Source: Bilabrum cf. latius
Taxonomy: Eukaryota
DNA: 64,000 nt
Assembly: GCA_965178125.1 (NCBI GenBank)
Contig: OZ237749.1
Location: 620,001 to 684,000 of the forward strand
Direction of reading: 5' to 3'
In this document: positions 38,051 through 51,400 of the stretch, piece by piece
Numbering within the stretch: position 1 is the first letter of the stretch
Layout of the letters: each line of letters opens with the position of its first letter
Position numbers and translations under genes: made by a program
Notes under the pieces: model-generated
Database searches by the model: none
What the model saw: the letters and a program-made list of their open reading frames with translations, nothing else
Told to the model about the DNA's origin: nothing

Positions 38051-38559
38051 ATGGCATTCTCTCAGCTGACTGATTCTCAGAAGGAGGACATGATCGTGTC
38101 CCTGTCCTGCCTGGTGCTGCATGGCTCCGGCAAGCCCGTGGATGCCGAGGGCATCAAGGCCATCGTGGAGGCCACCGGCCACGAGGTGGCTGGCTACTGG
38201 CCCAGCCTGATGGCGAAGTTCCTTGCCGAGAAGGACATCGACGAGCTGCTGATGAAGCCCGGTAAGTTGTGCTTAGTCAATATTCGCTTTCCTCGGCCAC
38301 CGGAACAAGTGACACATGACCTCTGTCTCTCAATGAAAACGATGCGCATACAAAGAATTCAATAATTACGTGTATCGTTGCCCTTCTGTGATTTTTGCCA
38401 TTCGTAGGTATGGGAGGTGGCCCGGCCGCTGGCGGTGCCCCGGCTGGCGGTGACGGAGCCGCAGCTGCTGCCGAGGAGGAGGAGGAGGAAGAGGAGGAGG
38501 AGGACGAATCCGTCTCTGGCGGCGGTGGTGGCCTCTTCGGTGATGAGTCCTCGTCGTGA
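38051..38559 (+). CDS. RPLP1: 60S acidic ribosomal protein P1
   Basis: LSCLVLHGSGKPVDAEGIKAIVEATGHEVAGYWPSLMAKFL, intron 38262-38407, Ala/Gly hinge, poly-E and GGGLFGD C-terminus. No TAG; ends TGA. Confidence 0.93.
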
Positions 38560-38922
38560 GCATCATGCTGAGACCGTCCTGGCTTGCCAAGCTTGGCCAT
38601 CCGCAGTCTTGGTCATTGCATCATATCCGGTGCTTTGCTTTAGGATTTGTAGTGCCATGCTGATCGCAACAGAAAATTGGGACACAAAAAACCATCTACT
38701 TGTGCAATCATTTCTGGCCGCGGTCTTGCGTCGGTTCACTGCACCCGTCGATAGCATCGAGAGTTGGATGCCGGCAACATCAGCCACCACGCCTGGCCTC
38801 GTGCCGTGTCGGCCCTTGCTTGCATTACATTGTAATCATATCTGCTATGCTCACTGCCAACAAAGATCATGTTGCCAGAATTCCTGTGCCTGTCGGCGGG
38901 GAGAGGCATCTCGGGCAAGCTC

Positions 38923-39393
38923 TCAATTGCTCTGCGCGTCCTGAGTTGATTGCTGCATAGCCAGTGCCATCTGTTCCTCGAAACTCAATGCCTTTGCCTG
39001 CACAGCACTAGAACCAGATTTTTGGGCGTGGGGCTGGGCCTGGGTTGGTGCCGGTCGGTTGCTTGCTGCTGCATGCTGCGCCGAGCTAGCACCTCCATGA
39101 TCCGCGCTAGCTGGTCTAGGCTCCGACCGCATTGGGTTCTCTTCGCGGGAATTCGAACTTGGCGAGGCACCGGAGGCTTGGGCAGATGAGCTGGTACGAA
39201 GAGCTGAACCCGTTGCAGCAGCTGCTATGGCTGGTTGCCTGCCGCTGTCGCAGCAGCTGCCAAGCTCGTCCCAATATCCAAAGTAAAAAGCAAGAGCCCA
39301 AACAATTACAAATGGGAAAAAAGTCCATGGGGCTGCGCTGGGAGAAAGGGAAGCTATTCCAACGAGGAAATGCGAGCGAAAAGTCTTCAGCAC
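38923..39393 (-). CDS. Hypothetical membrane protein (3' part) with C-terminal UIM-like motif; start unresolved
   Basis: Hydrophobic segment WTFFPFVIVWALAFYFGYW and LSFEEQMALAMQQS (UIM-like); ends TGA. Confidence 0.45.
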   Translation of the reverse strand: MLKTFRSHFLVGIASLSPSAAPWTFFPFVIVWALAFYFGYWDELGSCCDSGRQPAIAAAATGSALRTSSSAQASGASPSSNSREENPMRSEPRPASADHGGASSAQHAAASNRPAPTQAQPHAQKSGSSAVQAKALSFEEQMALAMQQSTQDAQSN

Positions 39394-39624
39394 GGCAGCC
39401 TGAGGGTTGGTGCATCGCTCACCAATTGCGATAAATAGCTCTCCGGGATTAACAGGGCGGCAATTTTCATTATTTACCGAGCAACGCTCAGCACCTGCAC
39501 CTTGACAGAATGGTGGGGCATGGAGGGGTCGGACACATTGGAAGTCTGTTCGATGTAAAATCTCAATCTATTTGCCTCCTCACTGTCCTAGCCTGATACT
39601 AGCGCCACAAGTGATAGAATACCA

Positions 39625-42522
39625 ATGAATTCAACGGCTCTCATACCCAAGCCACCCGGTGAGTCACCTGATACACGTGCCTAGGTGCGATCATCAAATC
39701 CCGGGCATCGCCGCGCAATAGAAGAGGTTCCGCAAGTATCCAGAGTGGTTGATCGGACTTCAGAGCAAGGACTTTGCCAACAAATGCAGTAGAACCATCC
39801 CACTACACAGCAGCTTCCTGGTGGTACTACTCAACTTTCTGGTCGGCCGTACGAAGTTCACGATGATCACTACGTCCAAATGGCGATACAAAAAGAGCTG
39901 CAGGACATGTATAGCAAGGACGAAAAACCAAGCGATTTGGAAGATAAAATCACAGCCCTAAAATCAATTGGTAGACCATCTGTTCGTGTTTCTCTCATGG
40001 CAGCAACTGTCCAAAACGTCTTGCTGCAGGGGCCAGCAGCGGTCGCTCCGCCATTTCGCAAGAGCGGTCCAGCAGGATATCTTGCTTGCGTAGCAGACGT
40101 TGACGACGCAGTTGACGCCACAACGAAAGTATTAGATCAAGGGTTGTTGCTCGGCCCCAAGTCCTCGTCCCATCGATCCAGTCATGAGCCAGCTGATGCT
40201 CAGCAAGTTTAGGAACAGGTAGGCCAGTGGTGGGGGGGACCCGCCGCGGAAGCCACAACCGTCGCAAGGCAGCTTCTCGTGGCTCGGCTCCGCAACCGGA
40301 TTGGACAAATCGTAAAGTGTGCCCGACTGCGCGCAAAAGGTTTGCGAAAGGCTGCAAGCGATGCTAGGAGCACACGAGACAGCGGCGCGGCGCTTGCGTT
40401 GCCACCGTACCGCGGAGAAACCGCGATCGCGGGCAGAAAGATGGGCCCTGCCCCTTGGCACTAGATCAGGCGGTTCGAAGACCGCTGCATCGACGAGGCT
40501 GCGTCTGACTATAGGGCGTGGTGGGCGAGCACGAGAGTAGAGCGCGGTCTAGACCCTGACGCGTGGGACGTGAGGCCGCCCGGATTCGAGGGAACAGAGG
40601 GCGGGCGGCACGCAGCTGCTGGGGGTGCTGGTAGCGATCCATCTGGGCGTGCTTCTGCTGGAGGCTCTTCATCCTTATCCTCGTCCTCGTCCTCGTCGTC
40701 CTCAACGGATGCCAGGGCTGCCTCCTCGGAGGCTGGCAAGGGGTCCGTCGGCGCAACGGGTGGGCCCGACTGGTGCACGGCAATCGCAAAGACGCAGCTG
40801 CTTGCCGGGCCTGGAGGTGCAGTGTCGGCTGGCATTCAGCTTGCCAACGCGAACAAGCTTGTGCTCTCGCAGCTGCACCCCCACTCGTCCCTCGCGTGGC
40901 TGCGCTTCGCTGTCCGCAGGCGCTTTCAGCGCGTCCTCTCCACGGGCAGCAACTCAACGGACAGAAACTCTTAGGTAGGCGTGCAGAATGCCGTGCGTCG
41001 TGCCGTGGAGAGCTGCAAGCAGCTGCCCTTGCTTCACTCGGAGCTCGCGATCGAGGGAGGTGACCCGCTGCCTGCACCCGCACCCAGCAAGGAGCCACCG
41101 CCCTCCTCGCCCTCACCAGGGTCCAGTGCGGCAGCGGCAGCGGCAGCGTCGTCAGGGACTGGGAGTGATTCTGGAGCGCCACCATCCCAGTCAGTACTGG
41201 ATGCTCTCCCCCCAGTGGCCCAGGCTGGCGATGAGGCAGCCACCATGCTTGTGGCCAGAGCTAGGGAGGCGGTCTGGCTCAGCGACCGTGTGGCCTAGGC
41301 GGCTGAGTCCGGGCGGCATCTCGCGGCAAGCATGGCCATGTACAAGCAGCTACAGTCCGTCAGAAGGAGGGTCCTCATGAGGGCCATCCAGCTGCGGGAG
41401 GTGGACTGGAAGAGATACGAAGAAGCCGTGAAGCGAGGTGTCCCCCCTGTGCAACTCAGGAGACCACGCTCTCGGGCGAAAGCTATACCGGACGTACCTT
41501 ACAACGCCACTAGGATGGGTATCCCGGCGTAGGGTTTCATCCAGCTGAGTATTTATTTTTCCCACGGCAACATACCCCCAGAGCTCCGCTCACTAGAACG
41601 CACTGAAGTCTTCAGGCCGCGAGCAAAGGACAGCGAAGGAGCCAGAGCAGGCGCTGCGGCCGACGAAGAACGAGATGGTGCTTCTGACGGAAAGAGAGCT
41701 GAGGATAGCAGCAACGGCGCGGCAGCAGCTGCTGGTGTGCAATCAGTCGTGGCCAAGACCAGGCACCTCATGTCAATGCAAGACGTGGCTGCCGCGCTTA
41801 GTACGGGCAGGGCAGGTGGGGGCCTGCGAGACCGTGCTGCCGCGCGCAAGGCGGCACAGCTGGCAGCCAGTGCCACTCCCGCCGTGAGCGCGGCGGCCGC
41901 AGAAATGTCCGTTGAGTTTGAACGGCGGCACTCGGCCCTCTAGCAAGCTCAGCGTGCGAACCGCAGGCTGGTGCAGTCAGTCATGGACTTTGCCGGCTAG
42001 TACGGTCACTTGCCGGGGACTGCAAAGGCGCAAATGGTGATGCAAAAAGCGCGAAACGAACGACCGGCTTGGCGGCCTCTCTTTGACGTAGATCGCTTCA
42101 TTGCGGAAAAGATGGCGGACTAGGCGCGTTTTATGGAGCAGCAGGAGGCTCTGAGGAGGGAGGCGGTGGCGAGAGTGGATATCAAAAGGCAGTTCAGCCA
42201 GGAGCTGGAGGTGCTCAAGGCCCTGGGACTTGGGGACCACACGCTCGGGTGGAACTCAGCCCGGCTGCAGGAAGTCCTGATGTGCGTCCGGCGGAAGCCA
42301 TTGCAGCCGAGCGACTTCCAAGCGCTGGCTGAAAAGCTGCCGAGACTCAGTGGAGACATGCTCAAGGAGTTCTTTAAGTACCGGGCGACGCAGAGTGATA
42401 GTTCGCAGCTCGATGATGTTAACTTTGCACAGGCGATGGTAGACCAGGCGGCTGCGACTGCCGCGCAGGCAACAGCTGGAGGGGCCAGCCAAGGCGCATC
42501 ACAGTAGCAGCCCATGCATTGA
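39625..42522 (+). CDS. Hypothetical protein (~965 aa)
   Basis: Seven track ORFs (39880 to 42133) share one frame and are separated only by TAG. Ends ...CAG TAG CAG CCC ATG CAT TGA. Start uncertain. Confidence 0.65.
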
Positions 42523-43143
42523 AGAAAAGCGTATCGTCACAACCAATCGTCCTTTGCCACCCCCAATATTTCCCGAGTTCACGCAACCACCTGTAATCCG
42601 CCGCGTGGTGCGGGTATGGCAAAAATGGAGCTCTGGGGCCATCGTCCGGTATAGCAATTTAGCACGTCACAATGCATGCGAGCAAAACATTAAAATAAAC
42701 AAAGTTGCTTTCGATCGAGCACCGCAACAAGTCTTTTCGAAGGCGCTCTGCCAAAGATAAATTCGACTTTTAGTTATCTATATACCTGACTAGTCTACGG
42801 TGCGCATAGTTGAGGTGCTCCTTTCTGGAAGCACTTGGGTATCAAGAAACGCGTGCCTCGACGCTTTGGGTACCCAGCCCAGCAGAGAGAGTCGGCCTCC
42901 CCTACGGCCTCAGCTACTTTAGGAGTAGCTTGCAAATTATTGCTAGTTATTTTGTTGCAGAGCTGGGATAACGCCTGGATCGTGTCGCATCCAGTCAGAA
43001 GAAACACTTCACCGGCTTTCGGGTGAAGACTGTCTGCGAACGCTTTGGGCTTGTTGCAGCCAAGTGTAATAATGTCTTCAGACACCAAGACAGGAGACAC
43101 ACGCGAGAAGGAGCGCTGCCTTCCTTTGTAGAGTGCAGCTCAC

Positions 43144-46100
43144 ATGTCGCCACAGCGAGAAGCTAGCAGCAAACTGGCTGTTTCTGGTGTTGCAGCGTCG
43201 CTACATAGCCCGACAAGAGGAACAGGGCAACGTCGCCGAGCCAGGGCATCTACTAGGCAGGTCAACAGCAAGACTTTGCTCCAGGAGACTAAGGGTAGCA
43301 TCAGAAACTTGGAACGGCGCACGCACAGAGCTCTGTCGCAAGGTGACGCTCCTATCTTGCCACAGGTTCCCGTAAAGGCAAACCTCCAATTCAGTCCGTC
43401 CGTTGATGCAATAGGCCCTACGCTGGCAGGGCACTGCATCCCTCAGATCGTCCGTGAGAGCTCAAACGAAGGGTCGTCCGCCTCGAGCGGGGGCACCCGC
43501 ACGCCAAGGTCGCTCTCCCGCCGACTGGCCCCTCCCGAAGGCTCCACCGCTGGACACTCGGTGTCGAAATCAAAGTCACGCGCACCATCGTCTGCCCAAG
43601 GCTCAGTTTGTGGGAACGGTAGCGGCAGCGAGAATCCCTCGGAAAGCGAGACGCACCAGCACCGGCTCGGGGCCTCCATCCCGCCCCAGCTGCCGCCCGC
43701 CACCCAGGCCAGCACCATCTCGAGCCACCACCGATCACGATCCGGTGAATTAGCTCCTATCGCATCGCACCGAGCATCCGATGGAAGCAGTCGAGCCGAC
43801 GGGAGCAGACACGTGGCCAGGAAGAGAGACCGGCTGTGGTCGGAGGCATCTGCCCCTGTGCTTAGGGGCGAGGCATGCGCCAGTGCGAGCGTCGCGCTAG
43901 AGCTGGGTCTGGGCCTGGGTCTGGAGAGCAAGCTCAGAGCGAATTCCACGGGGACCGATGGTGCGCTCGGTGCTGTCGTTTCAACGGATGCGGAGCTTGG
44001 TCGCTGGGTGAGTGACGCGGACGTGTAGCTGGAGCGCTCATTTGACCTCACGGAGCAGCGCGGTCCGTTCGGCAGCGGGAGCGTCGCTGCCACGAGTGAT
44101 TTCGACGAATTTGCCCCCGGGCAAGTGGGTTTAGACATTGATTTTCACGGCGAGATGGGCTGCATGGAGTATGGTTCGCCTGGGCGACTGGGCCGAGGGG
44201 CAGACGGCGAGGTTTTGGTCCAGAGTTCGGGGTGCAGCGTGCGCTCGATCGCCGCCAGATCCAGGACGCGCAGTCATGCCGGAAGACCTAGGCTGGGCTC
44301 TGGGCGCGTGTCTGTGGCTTCATCTGCAGTTCTCTCTTCCAGGTGCCGCGAAGGTGAGGACTTTCGGCGTCAGGGCAGCTCCACCGAGGACGCGGCCAGC
44401 GTGGGTTCCAGCGAGCTCGAGAGCGGCAGCTAGCGTGGCGATGACTCTGACTCTGAGGCAGACAAGGCGGACCAAAGAGACCTGCTGCGACCGGGGAGGT
44501 TGCTGCGCGACCGGGACGAGAAGGCTTCCTCCATACTGCTTTGGCAGCAACAGTGGCGCCGAGCCGTTGGTATAGTGCTGGCAGCCATCTTTGTGCTTAT
44601 TGTCGCGGCTTATAGCGGAGCTCGCCTAGCAGCCGACTACCAGAGGCGCCTGATCGCGTCGCACGAAGGACGAGCACTACGTGTGTGCAGCCACAGGGGC
44701 CGCGGCCTGCACGAATGGCCTGCCGGGATGGGTAAAGGGGAACCTGCGGCCCCTGGGCTGATACCACTGCTGCTGCGCTCACAGGTAGGCTCGGTGGTGC
44801 CCCCAGGGGAAGAGCGGCGTGAGATGCAGGGTGGCCAAGACGTTGAGTTCTGGGCACCATCGCTGCTGACCCACATGTACGCCCTGCTGCGGGGAGAGTT
44901 TGCTAACCGCCCCCCCGGTGAGGCCGACTTGCTGACCGGTGCAACGTCCGGTGTTTCCTGTTTTGACATTGACGTGACGCCAGTGCGCAAGGAGTGGCTG
45001 GCTCGCCTCGAGCGCTTGCACGAAGAGATATTCTCAGACGAAGCTCCTGAAGCAAACGGTGGTGCTGGTGACGGGGAACAGGATGGCGGCAATTCTGCTG
45101 ATGACGATTTTCTGGAGGCACTGCTTGACGCCACCGATGGTGGCAGCGCAGGGAGCAATGCCGACACAGGGGCCGCAAATGGTGGTGGAGGTGGCGATGG
45201 TGCATCCGGCGAGCTCGTCGCGGACGGAGACGCGGGAAGAAGGCAGCTCCGGGCGTCTAGCAACGAACACGTCCGCCTGAGGACGATGCCGTCAGAGGAG
45301 CTGTGGCGCGAGATAGAGAGCAGCCGAGGAGCAAGCATTTCCGGTGGGCGGTCGCTGGCTGGCCGACGGATCACTGGGGGCTAGTCGGGAGGATCGCCGG
45401 AGCCGTGCGACGACTCCTTTGTGCCCGGAGAGCAGTTCGAGCAAGTTAAGAGGTTTGCCTGCTTGGCCGAGGCATGGCTGGGCGTGTGGCAGCCGACTGC
45501 AGCCGATGAGGCAGAAGACCAGCAGAGCTCTCAGCAGCAGGGGCAGGACCCGCTTGAGATCGTGAACGGAAAGACGCACGGGCAGACTGCAAAGGTCGTC
45601 TTGCTAGCGGTGCACCCGAGCGAGATGGTCAGGATCGCTTCGATCACAGCCCAGGCTGCCGCCGCTGCCAGGCATGGAGGCAGCGCATTGCTCAGGCTGC
45701 AGGCGCGCGCCAGCGTCGGGCCCTCTGCGGGACCGCCGACGCTGGCTTAGCTGCTGCGGTTTCTCAACACGCCCAGAATCGACGCGAGCCAGCTACGGGC
45801 CCCGGCCACGGAGCGTCAGGAGCGCCGGCTCTCGGTGACAGGACAGCTCCCTGGCCCTCCCCCCTTCGACTCTGGGCTCACGACCAAGCGACCCCAGATG
45901 CTGGTCACGCTGGAGCTTAAGAGCGCCAACGACGTCTATGCAGAGCTCATGTACGAGGCCGTGGCCGCTCGGTCCGCCGGTATGCTGACCGCGAGATCGA
46001 GGGCGGGCGTGTTTGCCGTGGAGACGTCCTTTGACGTGATGAGGAGGAGGAGGAGAGCGGAGGATTCCGTGGGCATAGCGGCGGCGCTGCCGGATCTGCC

Positions 46101-46671
46101 ACTGCCCGCCCCTGCTTCCGCGCAGGTGTGCGCTGCGGCGACTGCCATCCACGAGAGAGAAGTGGAGAAGAAGGCTGCCGCGCTGGCGCAGGAGCAGGAG
46201 CAGGAGCACGAAAATCAGCAAGGCGACGCCGGTGGAGCGCGGCTGCTTCGCTTCCAGACTTCTTCCGTCTACGGCTGGCTTTCTGACGGAGGGGGCGCTT
46301 CTTCCGGTGCGGCTGGCTACGGGGAGGATGCCGGGGCGCAGTCGGCACGGCAAGAGCTGATCGACGCAGTGGTCAGTCCGATGCTCGACGGGTCTGTGCA
46401 GGTGGTCATGCCGAGCGTGAACATGCTCCGGACGTGCGGGGAGCCGCTTCGAGTCGCTGCACCGCAGGCGAGATCGATGGGAATCCCGCTTCCGATCACT
46501 GCCTGGACAGTAGATGATGTGGAAACTGCATGCGAGCTTTGGCTGTACCACGGAGCCACCGGAGTTGTGAGCAATCGAGCCGGGATGATGGCTGCAGCGG
46601 TCGCTAGCGGTGCATGTGACGCAATGGCGTAGATTGCCGAGGCAAACGCTGCCGAAGGAGAGCCGATGTGA
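43144..46671 (+). CDS. Single-pass membrane glycerophosphodiester phosphodiesterase (GDPD)-like protein with large insertions, ~1175 aa
   Basis: TM helix, then dispersed GDPD motifs VCSHRG, GVSCFDIDV, LAVHP, PTLA[TAG]LL, VTLELKS, AWTVDD and GATGVVSNR. Five TAG; ends TGA 46669-46671. Confidence 0.75.
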
Positions 46672-46745
46672 CGCCAGTTTCAGTTGCGTGTTTCAATTCG
46701 TGCTTACAGTGATAGTAGTGCTCAAATTATATCGCAGTGTGACAG

Positions 46746-48353
46746 TCACACATGGGCTCCTGCGCTTGTCACACCAACTGCGCCTGCGGGGCGATCTGCC
46801 AGCGCTCGCACGAAGGCGCTGACTAGCTGAGGCCTCTCCTCCATGACCTGGTGGGACGCCTGCTTCGCGATGCCTAGCCAAAGAGATCTTCGCTCTGCCA
46901 CGGCAACCGCCTCCCTTGCCATCTGCAGCATTTTGCCAGGCCCAAGTCCGTACGGTATCACGCGACTATCTGCAAATGCCGCTGCCGCCGCCTCCTCAGA
47001 TGCCTCTCCGTCAATCGGAGCAGGAGCATCACTCGCTGCCTTGCTTCCCGCACCCGCACCCGCACCCGCACCCGCACCCGCACCCGCACCAGCACCAGCA
47101 CCAGCACCAGCACCAGCACCAGCACCAGCACCAGCACCAGCACCAGCACCAGCACCAGCACCAGCACCAGCACCAGCACCAGCACCAGCACCAGCACCGC
47201 CGTCGGCCTCCTCCCAGAAGCGCCTCGCCAGTGCCCTGGCCCCATCCAGAGGCAGGATGCCGTCCTCCTCCCCGTGCAGAACAAGGACAGGGACGCCGGG
47301 AATGCCCCAGCCGCCCGCGTGCAATGACGCGCGAGCCGCAGGGCCGAGACCAGCGTCCTCGTCTTTGTCTTCGTCTTCGTCATCGTCACCGCGACCGCGG
47401 CCGTGCTCGGTCGCTGCTGTATCGGCTCCGGATCCGCTAACGGGCCCGCCCTCCTCTGCGTCCAGCTCTTCCCCTCGCAAGGACACGTCCACGTCATCGG
47501 TTTCGGCGGCACCCGCTCGCCTGGCCGACGCACCTGCCTTGCCACCGGCCGTGCCAGAGCCGGCGGGCTTGCCCCACCGCATCTCTACCTTGCCGGTGCC
47601 GCCGAGGTGGATGCCCCAGTGCATGGCGGCATAGAAGGGCTTGATGACATCCCACTAGTTGCGCTGGGAAGCATATCGAGATATTTCTGCCAGCTCAGGA
47701 TCAGACAACGGATGGTATGCCATGTGTGCGAAATCTGCGCTCATGCTCCCCTGAAGGCAGGATAGGCAGCAATCCGGCATTCCAAAGATAGGGTGCTTTG
47801 CTGCAGCCGGGCATTCTAAGCCAGTCGCAACGAGTAACACCCCAGCAATATCATATCCAGCAGCAACTGCTGCTCTAGCCACGCGAAGAGCAACAACTGA
47901 GCCAAACGAATGACCCACAAGAACGAACCTAAGCTTCGAAGTTAGGCTGCCGCTCACGCTTCCACGCAAGTCTCTTGTTAACCCCGGTGAAGTCCCTGCG
48001 CCCTATATTAGCTTCACGAATGCCTCGGCATCCGCAACCATCTCATCTTCTGAATACAATGAGTTGCCGTGGCCATTGGGCTTGGATGCCTAGCCACATC
48101 CAAGCGCATCATATGAAGCGACATTTACGGACTATAGCATCGAGTCATTAAACTGGCCCCGAAATTGATCCAAAGATGCCAACGATCCGTGGAAAAATAC
48201 CACCATGACGTCTCGATCTGTCGCGGAGATTCCTCTAGTTGCACATCGAACTACTGAGATGGACCTCCCTTCTCGAATCTCGACCGGCGTGCGAGTAGAG
48301 GCAATGGCTGCTTTTAGTGGAGCTATCGCTGGCTTCTCGTCATGACTACTCAT
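46746..48353 (-). CDS. Alpha/beta hydrolase fold protein (ABHD-like)
   Basis: VVFFHGS, SYDALGCG[TAG]AS, LVGHSFG (nucleophile), VLVLHGEEDG (acid), ASHQVMEERP (His). Four TAG; ends TGA. Confidence 0.85.
47049..47197 (-). repeat. Hexanucleotide microsatellite (GGTGCT/GGTGCG)n encoding (Gly-Ala)~25
   Basis: Directly visible inside the hydrolase CDS. Confidence 0.95.
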
Positions 48354-48481
48354 CCAATTCGGACTGGGACACACACGTATCCACGAATCTTGCGTCTCGT
48401 CACACTACTCCACGGGTGCATGGGGTGAAAAACATGCCATATTCACTGATCCTGACGCCAAAAGCAACCTTCGGACGCGAA

Positions 48482-51400
48482 TTATGTCATCAATTTTAGT
48501 AGCACTCCAGCAGGATCGCTCAGGGCTGTATCTAGAGGGAAGGGACCACGGCGGCCGGTCCACCTACTCTTCCGCTTTCCCTTCGTGTTTGGCCTACCCT
48601 TGGGAGGTTTCGGGGGGCCCATGATGCGTTTATGTGCACGTTTCAAGGTCTGGGCCACACTTGAGCTGCTACGTACACGCTGGATGGTCCAAGGATCCCG
48701 GTTGTCCGTGCTTGCCTCTTCCTTCGAGCTCTGTGCCTACGAGCCGATTTCCACCCTTGTCCACCGTTCGAGTTTGCCTCGCGATTCTTGCTTCTACGAA
48801 GCATCTTGCTTGTGACTGCTCACCTAAGTTGCTATTGTCTTCGTAACTGAGCGAGTGCTCCCTCGCTCTGACGCGAGCCGTGCTGCATTATCTTCCACCC
48901 CCCGTGCCGAAGAATGTCTCGGATCTTGGCTTGCTGTGCCCTGAGATGCAGTTGCATCGCGAGTTAGCGCAGCTCCGGCTGGAACAAAGCTGTCGCTTGG
49001 ATCGTCTGCAGGGGTATTGTCTGATTCGCTCCAGGCGCCGGCCTGGGTGCTCTCCGCAGTCGTGACCCGCTGCCTCCTCTTGGCCGCCATGCGAAGGGCC
49101 TGTGCCCTGGTTATTGTTCCCTCGCGAACAATGTGCTTGGCAGCAATTCTGGCACTCAAAGAACCCAGAGCGTGCTATGAACTCTCCCTCTGCTTCTGCC
49201 AACCCGAGCCGTCTGCATGCTCTGGCTGCACCTCACGCAGAGGTGGTGAAGCTGGACCTTTCACCGGCACATGAGTCCTCCTATGGACGATATCTCGAGC
49301 TCGAGCATGCCTTCCTGCTAGTGATCGAGCAGTCTGCGGGCGGCCCCGCATTCCCTGGCGCTATGTGACAGAAGCAGCAGAGGGTTGCAGCCGACGGACT
49401 GCATGCGAAGGTCGGGCACTCAGCGGCCGAGTTCTCCTTGGTGGGGCGCGCGGAAGCCCTCTCGGTAGCAAGGCAATTCCGTCACGCCTATGCGGCAGCA
49501 TCGGGCCGTCTGACGGCATCATCGAGGGTAGGGTGGCAGCACCAAGTGCCTATATCGGCTGCTCTGTCCTGAGGTCGCCACCAGCCTTTGCAAACGAACT
49601 GACGACCCCGCTGGTATCGGCCTATACGATGGGCTGACTGGCCTCTTCGTGTATTCCAGCAGCAGCAGCTCCACGTGTAGAGCCCAATGCATGTGCTCGC
49701 GATTCTGACGGGGTCAAGTGTCGATTTGATCGGAATGGGGCCACGGCAGACTGCGGCCTGCGCCTGCGCAGGGCCGCAGCAGTGTGCACACGCAGAGGTT
49801 CTGCCCTGTTATCGTCGCTTGTATCACCTCCATGAGGCTGGCCAGCGCGTTCTTCTGGCTGCTGCAGCGCATGCACGTGAAGATCGCAGTTCTGATGCTG
49901 CTCTGCGTGCCATGTCTAGGATGTCTTGGCAGTCAGCTTTGCACCGTTCGTGGCTGAGGCTGCAGCGAGAGCCACATCGGCCTGGATGAGCAGCACAGAC
50001 CGAAGGAATGGAACACCGCCCATCATGATCTGTACCTCCTCGATCTAACGGTATCCTGCACTGTGTCCTCGCGATAGGGTACCTGCTTCAGGTTGTTTGA
50101 GCTCTGTGGAATCGCATGGCTCGGACCCGCCCCCTTCGATCGCAAGAAGGACCTTTCCAGCATGCAGCTCCAGCTTCTACGACACGCGACGAAGGCTCAA
50201 GGTGAGGTCAGCAAGAACCACAAAGGTCTCAAATATCCTGGCAGCGCTGTCCTCCACTGCAGACTAGTGCGAGAGGCCACCGTTGGTTGAGGGGACAGAG
50301 CCAGCAAGAGCCGCGTCGATTCCTCGTGCTACCACCAAGAAGTGATCCATTGCTGCGGCTCTCTGACGCCTGAGCTCGAGGCTTTGATCGCCTGTCTCAG
50401 CATCCAGTGCTGGCACAATCTCTGCGCAGCACCGCACGTATGCATCCAGACTGGCGCGAGATAGCACGCCGACCACATCGTTGACGCCCATTCGAGGAGT
50501 CTTCTTGTTGATGGTTCGCCTGCCTAGCATCGCAAGGAGCGCGATGCAGGCCTCAGCCTCTTCCAATTGCTACTTCAGCTGCGCAATGACCATCTCTCGC
50601 CTGGTCGCCATCACATGGATGGCATTCATGTATGGCAGCAGCAAACCAGCGGTTGTTTGCGGAGGCCCCGTGTCCGGGTCGAACGGCTCCGGAACGACAA
50701 CACATCGCCCATCGCGCCCCCGCATCCAAAGCTCTGCTGCTCTCGGCAGCCTCCGCCACGCATCGTTCTTGTCGTGGTCAAAACCCATGCTGGATGCTCC
50801 TCGTCTTGCCTCAGCAGTCGGCTTGAATCCAGCGACATCCATCGTGCTCTCGTCAAGAACCACTCGCCTGTCAGACTGGCGCGCTCGCAGCCGCGGTCCT
50901 GGCCTACGCGAGGCTGGCTGTATCTATTGATCACCGCTGGAGTTCTGTACTCGGTATGACTCAACCGGAAGGCGTGGGGATCGCTGCGGTGCAGTCACTA
51001 CTCTGCCGAGCACGCCAGCCTGAGAAGGCTGCAAAACACTTGTTGCGTGACTGCTGCAAATACGTTCATACTGCGATTGTGCTCCGCGCTGCCGCTGGCC
51101 CACCTTCTCACAATCTATTCCAACATCAACGGCTGTGTGCATGCCCGTCTGGCCTACTTGGCTGCCAAAGCCAGGCGCAGTGCTCTCGGCACCAGTGCCC
51201 GAGCCCGTGCCTGTGCCGTGGACTGGTGTCGTCGTCGTCCGAGGCGAATGCGCCTCAACTGCGAGACCTGCAGGGTTCACAGTGCTCGGCAATACTGCAA
51301 TGATGGCACTGCTATCGCGCCACTCTATCGATGGATCAGCTGGAGCAGGAGCAGCTGACGTGCGGTTACGAGCCCCTGCGGCAGCCGCGGACGCCGGCCG

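Noticed and set aside
4177-48134. Pyrrolysine or programmed stop readthrough at UAG
   Set aside because: TAGs are numerous, sometimes tandem, in unrelated proteins, share no common downstream context and sit at Gln-type positions. No pyl genes are present.
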